Origin: Octopus vulgaris
Lineage: Eukaryota
Direction of reading: 5' to 3'
DNA: 64,000 nucleotides
Assembly: GCA_951406725.2 (NCBI GenBank)
Contig: OX597818.1
Location: forward strand, 109,368,001 to 109,432,000
Below the pieces are notes generated by a model. The model searched no databases. It was not told the origin of the DNA and worked only from the letters and a program-made list of their open reading frames with translations. Shown here one piece after another: positions 51,245 to 62,100 of the stretch. The translations under genes and the position numbers were made by a program. Position 1 is the stretch's first letter. Each line of letters starts with the position of its first letter.

Positions 51245-53330
51245 TCATAATGCTAGTGGTGAATGTGGCATTTGAGTCCTGCAAATAATTTGCAAAACAA
51301 GCCTGCAGGTGTTGCAAGTATGAGGATTATGGGTCAATGCAAGCAGTATATTTGTAGCCACTTTTCTCCTTTGCCTTGCACCTCTTAGCCTGTTACCATT
51401 TTGACATGACTATCTCCATTTTGTTCGCTCAGAGGTTGTTTGTTCAAAGGTGTTGTGAGCTATATTGACTGCTAACAGGTTATCTGAGCCATAGTTGACC
51501 AATATTCCTGAGCCCACTATCAAGCTGGCGGTACATGAGGAGTTTGGATATTCCTTCATCACTGATTCTGACAATTCGACCAGCCTAGTGCAACTGTGAC
51601 TGCATGTGGAAGCTCTCAATTCTGCCAATCTTACACTTGCAAAACAGATCAACATTAGACAGGCTTTTAAAGAATAACCACACATTGTCCTAAGACAGCT
51701 TTTGTGGAAGACACCTAGTTGCTTTACTGTGCCACCTATAGGATCTCCATGATTCTGATTCATACAAGAGAATAGTAACAATGGCAACCTTCTTGACCTG
51801 TACTTTGGTATCAAGTTTAATGCCCTTTTCATTCCATAAGCGATAACAGAGTTTGCCAAATGCATTGGTTGCTTTCGCAAGATAGTTGACAGTTTCATCA
51901 TAAAATGAAGTGCTCGGATATATGTAATGACATCACATACTTTAGGCTTCTGCCGTCAACCTCTATCAGAGTGTCAGGGAAATTGTGAACTGGCAGCCTC
52001 TGCTTCACACCCTGAATTTGCTTTAGAATGGGGCAAGGTTGTTAGATCACGTCCTTCTTCTTCTTCATACTGATGGTCAAGCTGAAGGCTTTACATGCAG
52101 CAGAAAACTGATCTAGGAATTCCTGAGCTTCCCTCAAAGAAGTTGCTACCAGTCCAGCATCTTCTGAAAAAAGCAGATCACAAATGATACTGGTACATAG
52201 CAGTGTCTTGGCATTGAAACACTATTGATTGAATAGTCCACCACTTGTTCAAAACCAGAATTTAACACCACTTTCTACTACACCACCAAAAGCATACTTC
52301 AATGTTACTGAAAAGAAGAGTGTAAACAAAACAGGCCATGACACAACTTTCCTTTGTGCCATTTGTAACATAGAAGAAAGCTGAAGATTCTCCACTGGAC
52401 ACGACAGCAGCTTTCATCCCCTCATGAAAGGAGATGATAACATTCAACATCTTGTTAGGTATATCAAGCTTTATCAGAACTTTACAAAGTGCATGACTTA
52501 CTAAGTCCATCGACAGTGTCCATGGCCTTAGTAAGGTCAATGAACACCATGAACAGACAAGATATTTGAAACAACAGCTGAGTGACTGACTATATTCAAC
52601 TGAAATACTGAAATTTTAATTTATGAGACATAAAAACTATGAGGCATATTTTGAAAACTACATGGTTCTGGATTTGATCCCACTACATGTCAACATGAAC
52701 AAATGTCTTCTACCTAAACTTTCGGTCAACCTAAGCCTTGTAAATTAAAGTGAGTACAAAAGAACTGTGCAGAAGCCTATCAGATAGATAGAAACCTTTT
52801 CTCTTGTCTAGTTTCATCATGCCATCCAAATACTAGGGTGCCTTTCCTGGAGCTCATTTTGTTGCAAATATTCAAATAGGTTTTGGGTCTCAGGATAACT
52901 TAACATCTTTATATGAGGTTTCTTACTGCAACAACCATTTTCTTGAGACCCTGTAGCAAGTATATGTTACCTTTCCTCCTTTAAGCAAGCTTTTCAAAAT
53001 AATTTATATCACCAGGGCACATGGGGTGCCCGGGTGGGATAGTATCTCTGACAAAGGAACACATAGTGCTCTTTGGAACAGTTCATTCACTTTGGTCCTC
53101 ACCTGACACAGCTCTCCCCTGTGGCTCCGCAAAGCTGTGTCCATGCATCAGTTTCCACACCCCAGGCAATAGCTTCCACAAGCCAGCTAAGCCATGGTGA
53201 GTGTAACCAATGACTTTCAAACCTTTGGTGAGCTTAGGCTTGTCTACCTATACATGTGAAGACAGTACCCAGTGGACTGTGCGGAGGAAACCACCAGACG
53301 TCATGTGGGGAGGCAGTGTGGAGTGAAGGC
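51245..53330 (-). mobile_element. Old BovB-like RTE LINE with large internal deletion (5'UTR + RT C-half + C-terminal C2H2-like finger)
   Basis: Minus-strand fragments read KLDIPNKMLNVIISFHEGMKA...VTNGTK.SCVMA and KQLGVFHKSCLRTMC, and end HTCNTC...GLKCHIHH. GC-richer 5'UTR-like sequence lies at ~52950-53330, and a SINE fragment is inserted at ~52655-52785. Confidence 0.75.
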
Positions 53331-53549
53331 ATGTCGAATTTAGTTGCTTTCAAGTTTGTTGCTAACGTTACAGAAATATTTGTGTTACAGAAATATTAGA
53401 AGCAGCTAAAACAAAGTCAGTGCAGTCCCCTTAGCTTTACTAATAATGCATCAGCATTGAAAGTAATTTGAGTTTCAACTATTTTATAGGATTACATATT
53501 CAAAATGTAGAATAGGAAGTGAACTTAATAATAATATTATAATAGCATG

Positions 53550-53940
53550 CAAGCATAGCTGTGTGGTAAGAGGCTTGCTTCCCAAACACAAGGTTCCAGG
53601 TTCAGTCCCACTGTGTGGCACCTTGGGCAAGTGTCTTCTACTTTAGCCTTGGGCCAACTAAAGCCTTGTCAGTGGATTTGGTAGACGGAAATTGAAAGAA
53701 GCTCATCGTAGATGTGTGTGTGTCTGTCTGTCTGTTTGTCCCCCACCACCACCACCATCACTTGACAACCAATGTTGGTGTATTTACACCCCCATAACTC
53801 AGCAGTTCAGCAAAAAGAGACTGATAGGACAAGTACTGGGCTTACAGAGAATAAGTCATGGGGTCAATTTCTTTGACTAAAGGCAATGCTCCAGCATGGC
53901 CACAGTCAAATGACTGAAACGGGTAAAAGAATAAAAGAAT
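53550..53940 (+). mobile_element. SINE family A, full length
   Basis: Head and tail match the family. Confidence 0.9.
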
Positions 53941-54564
53941 AACTGTATTGTTAATATATCAAGAGGTGTGCCAGTGACTGGACATACAGTTGTCAGGATT
54001 AAATGGCTAGTAACAAAATGAGATGATAAACTAGGGCTTATGAAGTTTGTAGTTTCTCATTTCTACCTTAATATTCCTAACATTTCAGTTGCAAGTGTCA
54101 AATTACATGATGAATCTAATGTAACATTGGCTTATAAATTAATTTCAATTCCAAGATCAGTAAGAATTGGGGATGTTTAAGGAAATTGCTATTTTTACTG
54201 TCTTTTCTTGATTTACTAAGCTCTTAATTTTTCCATGAAATACCGTCTTTATTCATGGACTTTAGAATAGAAACAGTGTTGCTTTATAGATAATTGTTAT
54301 TGTACTAACACCAACTGCCAGAGAGGAAAATAGTTTGTTTTCAGTGTGTCTATTCAATACACATTGCGGTTCTATTGAACAGAGAATTTTCTGACAGGAT
54401 TTAAATCTGTCATTGTCAACCACCAAACTATTAAGTCAATTTAACAGTATGTATCACCAATCAAACATTTTTTTTTCTTTCATCAAAGAAGCCAGGGATA
54501 TTTAAATCACAAAGCTGTAGGAGTCTAACCTTGAGAGTGGGAAGTATTGATTCCATCTCCACTG

Positions 54565-54606
<42 letters not shown>

Positions 54607-56489
54607 ATAGCACTAAACAAAAATATATTTGTCCCTTTATCTTTTACCACTCTTCCTTTCCCTCAGGATATATTAAAGAAATCTTAACATGAATCAGATG
54701 CTAACAGTAAATATACGAGAAAAACCTTGAAACCATCTTCCTTATCAGAGAATAGACAGCTATCACATCATGTGTGTGTGTGTATGTGTGTGCACGTGCA
54801 TGCACACACTTGAATGCACACACTTGTATATGTGCATTACCTTTGCAAGCATAACTTTCTTTTACATTTATGTGAGATGAGGTGAGAAGACTATCACTAT
54901 TTCCTGCAAGAGCATCACAACATCTTTGTCATTTAACTTCCGTTTTCCATGCTGGCATGGGTTGGGATGGTTTAACAGGGACTGGCAAGGCCAGGAGCTG
55001 CACTAGGTTCCGATGTATTTTTTAGGCATAGTTTCTACAGCTGGATGCCCTTCCTAACATCAACCACTTTACAGAGTGTACTGGGTGCTTTTTTATGTGG
55101 CACCAGCACTGACAGGGTTATCAAGTACTTTGCAAAACAATAACCCACTCAGCTGGGAGTGAGGAAGTAGCATTGAGGAGGTGTAGCTTTGTGCCAGCTG
55201 AGAGGTTTAAGGTACAGAGAGGACAGATATAGATGTCAACAAAACTACGAATTTAGAACCGCGTCAGTCTGTCACTGTTTATTCTAATAAAACTGCCTCA
55301 TGCTTTTAAAAATATTCCTCATCATTGCTACAGAAACCCCCATCATAAACAATTAAATATTCATTTCTAATTCACTTCAACTTTTCCTAAATATATTGAA
55401 CTTGGCAAATGCATTATGTACATGCACACACATAGACATGTACATACACACACATGCATGCATACAAAGAACTGGGAGTTCAGTTGTCTGAAGATTGTAG
55501 CTGAGATATGACATTGAGTCACAGCTAACAATTTCAAAGACTGCTAAGTGTTTATTGATCTTTATATTTTTCATCGCCCACCACCAGACTACATACATCT
55601 ATACATGCAAGTCTATACATATGCGTGTATACAAGTGTAAGCATCATGCATGCATGTTTTTCTCAGAAATCTCATGACAATGAAAAAAAGTGTTTTTCAA
55701 TGAGAAAAAAAAATGTTATCAGCTAAACTTTTCTTGAAATAATTACTCTGATAGAATTAAAAATGTATGATGGTAACTAGTAAAAAAAGTGTCCATTGAT
55801 TACACTCAAAATAAAAACTAATATTGATAATTACATTAATTTGTAATGCAACTTTGGAATAAACAATTGAAATAGGGGCAAAAATGTATGTTTTTGACTC
55901 GGTGCAAACATGTTGCGTATGTATACACACACATATGTATACACACATGTATACATACATGTACATATATACATATATATATGTATATATGTGTATGTGT
56001 GTGTGTGTAAATACACACACAATTAGCTACTTTGTTTACTCAGTGTTATCAGTTATTTATTCTACGTGCGCATACACTAAGATACCATCATTATCATCAT
56101 CGTTGATTTAGCAATCACTTTTCCATGCAAGCATGGATCACACTGGTTTCATTGAAGCAGATTTTCTGCAGCCAGAAACCCTTCTTGTTGCCAACCCTCA
56201 TCCATTCCCAAATAATGCATCCCTTTGGCCACATGCTTTCATAAAACTCTGGAAACAAATGACACTGTTTGTATAACACTGACACTCACTCACATCTACA
56301 ATACAATGTCAAGACAAGGAGACACAAACATACATAGGAATCCATTGCATTTATGGAATTAACATGGTCCCTAAAACCTAACCATAATGTGAAATTATTT
56401 TCCTATTCCTTATGTTATAAAATAATAAAGCATTCCAATGGATTTTTTAGGGAAAAAAAAATACAATTTCTAAACATGCACCGCACTAC

Positions 56490-56723
56490 ATATTTCTTTA
56501 TTGCCCACAAGGGGCTAATCATAGAGGGGATAAACAAGGACAGAAAAAGGGATTAAGTCAATTAGATTGACCCCAGTGTGTAACTGGTACTTTATTTATC
56601 GACCCCGAAAGGATGAAAGGCAAAGTCGACCTCAGCGGAATTTGAACTCAGAACGTAACGCAGACAAAATATCGCTAAGCATTTTGCCCAGCACGCTAAT
56701 GCTTCTGCCAGCTCGCCGCCTTT
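56490..56723 (-). mobile_element. SINE family C with target-site duplication
   Basis: Reverse copy flanked by gcaccgcacta(c/t)at at ~56478 and ~56727. Confidence 0.85.
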
Positions 56724-58022
56724 AACGCACCGCACTATATGTATACATTAAAACATTGGAAGAGAAATACATTACGGAAAAATAAGAATTGTAAAATAGT
56801 AATAGAGTATGTCCTTACCACAAAGGATGTCTACAACTATGTGAGAGATGGTAGTGGTAGGACGGGAGCTATTGGGAGATTGAGGGTCAGTGTCTTCTAT
56901 CTTATGGTGTGCATCAACATCTGCTTGAGGAACAAACAACAGAATTGTTTGATGGTCTTGAACCATCATCTCTTTGTACAGCTGAGTGTAGGAACTGAGC
57001 TCATTGTAAACTCCTTTTTTTAATTTCTAGGTTACAAGCACCATACATGCATCAGTCATTGCCAGTTCCGCCTGACTGGCTCCCTGTGTCAGTGACACAT
57101 AAAGAGCACCATCCGAACATAGTCGATGCCAGCCCCCTCGCCCAGACTGGCTCCTGTGCTGGTAGCATGTAAAAAGCACCTACTACACTCTCAGAGCAGT
57201 TGGTTCCAGGAAGGACATCCAGCTGTAGAAACACTGCCAGATCAGACTGGAGCCTGGTGCAGCCTCCTGGCTTGCTGGACCCCAGTCAAACCATTCAACC
57301 CATGCCAGCATGGAAAAACAGATGTTAGACGATGATGATGATGATACTTTCACGATTAGAATCATTATCAACAAAAACCTGCAGACTTTCCTCTATAAGT
57401 AATCACCTTTTAGCAACATTCTTTGCAGTCAATTTAAGAAGAGTTGCTGGAATTTCCATATTCTCATCTGTTCTCTGCTTACTCTTATTCTAACAACATC
57501 AGCTCCTTCTTAGATAAACTCCCTCTGTGGAACACAGGCAACCCAATCACATCATCCTTATGAATACTTCAACCCTACATCATTTACAAGTGTCACAACA
57601 CAGATCTGTTTGTGGAAAACTTGTCAACACACAGTCTGGTTATATATTTTTCCAAAAAGAGTCCTTTCTTTACTTGGTGTCCTTGATAGTGCTGGTGCCA
57701 TGTAAAAAAACAATCAGTGCACTCTGAAAAATGGTCAGCATTAGGAATGGCATCCAGTAGTAGAAACCATAGCAAAGCAGACAATAAAGTTTGTGCAACC
57801 CTCTGGCTTACCAGTTCCTGTTAAGCGGTCCAACACATGCCAGCATGGAACATGGACATTAAATAGTGCTGGTTTTAGAAGCTTGATAAAATAGAGAAGT
57901 GTATGTATTCACTTTCAATGCGAAAATGACTTCACCAATTGCTTCCATACTTGTAATGTATGAATAATTTGACCTCAGACAAATAATAGGCTCTTCATTT
58001 GATATTTTAATAAAAATAAAAA

Positions 58023-58768
58023 ATATTCTGTTGTGTCTGGGGAGAGTCATTCTCTTTTGGAGCCTTATAATCTAACACACTCACCCGTAAAATTTTCACA
58101 TTTCTTTTTTATTTTTCTAAAATTTTCGTTGCATTTTGCAACCTTTTCAATAGTCGTTGGCTCTGTCCGTTACTCACACTGCATTCCTTTTTGTTTGTTT
58201 GTGTGTATGGGTGAGTGTATGAATATATATATGTATATGCACATGTATGTAAGCATATGGATATGAAAGTAAACAGATCAACATACAGACGGATAGTTAC
58301 ATAGGTTATATGAACAAACAAGCACACATACGCAAATGAAGACTGAAACACATGACCACAGACTTTACCTCACACAAGGACACATATGGAGACACGTCTA
58401 CACAGATGGAGATGCACATCCATAGATACAAACATGGTACATAGTTGCAAAACATACACACAAACATGCAAACACATGAATATGCAGAATACATACATAC
58501 AAATGTACACACATATATAGATACATATGCACACGCATACACATACATGCATACATACATGCATGTATAGGCATGCACACACACACTGATCCACACACAT
58601 GTGCACAAACAAAAAAAAGGAATGCAGTGTAACGGACAAAGTCAATGACTATTGCAAGATGCAACGAAAATTTTAGAAAAATAAAAAAGAAGTGGAAAAT
58701 TTACCAGTGAGTGTGTTAAATTATAAGGCACAAAAAGAGAATGACTCTCTCCAGACACAACAGAATAT
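58023..58768. mobile_element. Foldback/MITE with ~180-bp TIRs around a CA/TA-rich core
   Basis: atattctgttgtgtctgg.gagagtcattctcttt...ttttcgttgcat...actgcattcctttt is mirrored at ~58610-58768. Confidence 0.9.
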
Positions 58769-58776
58769 GCTTCAAC

Positions 58777-59152
58777 ACTCTTTTGTTTCAGTCATTTGAC
58801 TGCGGCCATGCTAGAGCACCGCCTTTAGTCAAGCAAATCGACCCCAGGACTTATTCTTTGTAAGCCTAGTACTTATCCTATCAGTCTTTATTGCTGAACC
58901 ACTAAGTTACGGGGATGTAAACACACCAGCGTCAGTTGTCAAGCGATGTTGGGAGGACAAACACAGACACACAAACATATACACACATACATATATATGC
59001 ATATATACAACAGGCTTCTTTCAGTTTCCGTCTACCAAATCCACTCACAAGGCTATAATAGAAGACACTTGCCCAAGGTGCCACGCAGTGGGACTGAACC
59101 TGGAACCATGTGGTTTGTAAGCAAGCTACTTACCACACAGCCACTCCTACGC
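58777..59152 (-). mobile_element. SINE family A
   Basis: Reverse complement of the family consensus with a small internal deletion. Confidence 0.9.
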
Positions 59153-62100
59153 AAACCAAATTCAAAAACAAAATAAAAAAATATTGCTTTTTATATTACA
59201 TTCACGTCTATAAAGTTTTTAAAATATTTACTTCCGGTTTTCTGGTCATACATATCTCTCTATATCTCTCTTTATCTATCTCTCTCTATATATATATCTT
59301 TATCTCTCTTTCTTTATCTATACCTATATCTTTCTCCCTCTATAGCTTTCTCTATATATATCTCTTTATATCTCTTTATCTCTCTTTATCTCTATCTCTC
59401 TATCTAGCCATCTCTCTATCTATATCTGTCTCTCTGTAACATATCTCTCTATCTATATCAATATCTCTACATCTATCAGTTTATATCTTATCTATCTATA
59501 GCTATATATCTATCTATATTTCTCTTATTTGTCTAACTAGCTCTCTCTCTCTCACCCCCTCTCTCTATATATATATCTCACTCTATCTATTTCTTTTACT
59601 TTCATTTTTCAAATGCTATTCTTTTCAGTTTCAATTTTCAGACACCATTGCTTTTTCACTTTAACTTCAATCGCTATTGTTTTCACTGTAAGTTTAAGTT
59701 TTCAACCACTATTTACAAACAAACAATGACAAATTATAGACAGAAAGAAGTTCACAATTACTGATGTAAGTAATTTCATAATTTACTGACAGAAGTATCT
59801 TCATAAATTTCACTTCAATCTATACAATATTGTGTTTTTCTGTTGTTGACAGTTTTTTCCTGGTTCCTTCAATACTGACTCTTTGGTTCACTGAGTAACA
59901 AATTTCACTTCAATCCGTACAATATTTTATTTTCCATTAGAATTTCCTATTTACTTTCTGCCCATCATATAAAGAAACATAATTTCTGTTACTAAGTTAT
60001 TTTCATTGTTTACTATCTTCTGCACTCAGTATTTCTGTATACATATATAACTATGCCTAGAAGGAAAGTGTCAAATTTGTCTAAAATATCAAGGTCAGCC
60101 AAAAGAATGTCTCTGTCCAGACAAAGAGAGACACCTGAAGAAAGGGAAGCACGCCAAGAAATGAACAGACTGTGTACTACAAAAGCCAGAGCATCTCAAA
60201 GTAATGAACAGAGGTATGAACGACTAACAAGGAACAGGATCTCCACTGCAAAACGAAGAGCAGTTGCAAAAGCTCAGAGAAACAAATTCAATAAAGCAGC
60301 TTTCAAATATGATCCAACAGTTCATTATGCAGATGACAATAGAGTTACCATTGGTGCAATGACAACTGAGTGCATATATTGTAAAGCAAGGAAGTGGCCC
60401 GGAGAGACACCTGCATTGTGCTGCAGTGGTGGAAAGGTTAAACTCCCAACAATCCCCCAACCTCCAGAGCCATTGAAGAAACTGTTGTCATCAAATGACC
60501 AAGATTCCAAGCACTTCCAAAACAAAATTAGACAGTACAACGCTGCACTACAGATGACATCATTTGGAGTAACAAGAGATTTAACTGAGCCAGGATTCAT
60601 GCAAACTTTCAAGATCCAAGGTCAGATTTATCATCAGATTGGCTCTCTACTACCTCTGGCAAATAAATCACCAAAATTCCTTCAAATATATTTTATGGGT
60701 GATTCTCAACAAGAAGGGCAAGAGAGGTGCAAGAAAATTTCCGACATCAGGATGAACATTGTAGTGTCTCTGCAAAAGATGCTGCATAACAACAACAACC
60801 TGATCAGAGGCTTCAAGACTGCACTTGAAACCATTCCACCCAACCCCATGGATTACAAGGTAGTTATCAGATCAGACAAGAAACCATCTGATCAACATGA
60901 AGGCAGGTTTAGTGCACCAACAACAAATGAAATAGCTGTGCTTCTGGTTGGGCAAGAGCAGGACAAGCGTGACATTGTCCTCCATCTCAGAGACAACACA
61001 CTGAAGAGGATTTCAGAAACACACGGATCCTATGATGCACTACAATATCCACTGCTGTTCTGTTATGGACAAGATACTTACCAAATTGACATTAGTCAGA
61101 CAAACTCCTCAAAGACTGTTTCAGCCAATGACTTCTATGCATTCCACATGATGGTCAGGAGTCAAGATTCAAACCACATCCTACATTGCAGAGATCTATT
61201 CAGTCAGTTCATTGTTGACATGTATGCAAAAATTGAAAGTGAACGATTAGGCTACTTGAGACGTAACCAGAAGAAACTGCGAGTGGAATCATATGCACAC
61301 CTGCAAGATGCAATGCTGAATGATCATGATGTTAACAACATGGGCCAGCTGATCATCCTTCCATCATCATTCACAGGAAGCCCAAGATACATGCATGAGC
61401 GCACACAAGATGCCATGACATATGTTAGACACTATGGCAGACCAGACCTCTTCATAACCTTCACATGCAACCCTAAATGGAAAGAGATTCAAAATGAACT
61501 CTTCCCAAACCAACAGCCTAAACATAGACATGACATAATTGCAAGGGTCTTCCGACAGAAGCTTATCAAGCTCATGCAGTTACTAACCAAAGATAAAGTG
61601 TTTGGTGCTACTAGATGCTACATATATACAATAGAGTGGCAGAAACGTGGACTTCCTCATGTACACATCCTGCTCTGGCTTACAGACAAAATCCATGCCA
61701 GAATGATAGACAAATTCATCAGTGCAGAGATTCCAGATCCTCAGGAAGATCCAGAACTTTTCAATGTGGTCAAGACTCAAATGGTTCATGGTCCATGTGG
61801 GAACATCAACCTACATGCTCCATGCATGCAGGATAAAAAGTGTACAAAAGGCTTTCCAAAGAAGTTCCTTCAAGAGACACAGACTGGAGATGATGGCTAT
61901 CCACTCTACAGAAGAAGAAAGCCAGATGATGGTGGATTTAAAACTACCATCAAAAAGTCATCTCATCCTGAAATTCCAGTTGACAACAGGTGGATAGTAC
62001 CATACTGTCCCCTCCTCTCCAAGATATTCAATGCACACATCAATGTTGAGTTCTGTAACTCAGTGAAATCCATTAAGTATGTGTGCAAATATGTCAACAA

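Noticed and set aside
53000-53330. Possible HDV-like ribozyme in the RTE 5'UTR
   Set aside because: I could not assemble a consistent P1/P3/P1.1 arrangement on the element's sense strand.
56772-57020. Open minus-strand frame ending at a GTAAG donor
   Set aside because: It is not kinase-like and looks more like a decayed LINE ORF1 relic continuing past the insertion at 57052-57345.
57859-58050. ...EVIFALK|GTGAAT as candidate upstream MASTL exon
   Set aside because: It lacks the glycine-rich loop (SRGAFGKV) expected just before the catalytic lysine.
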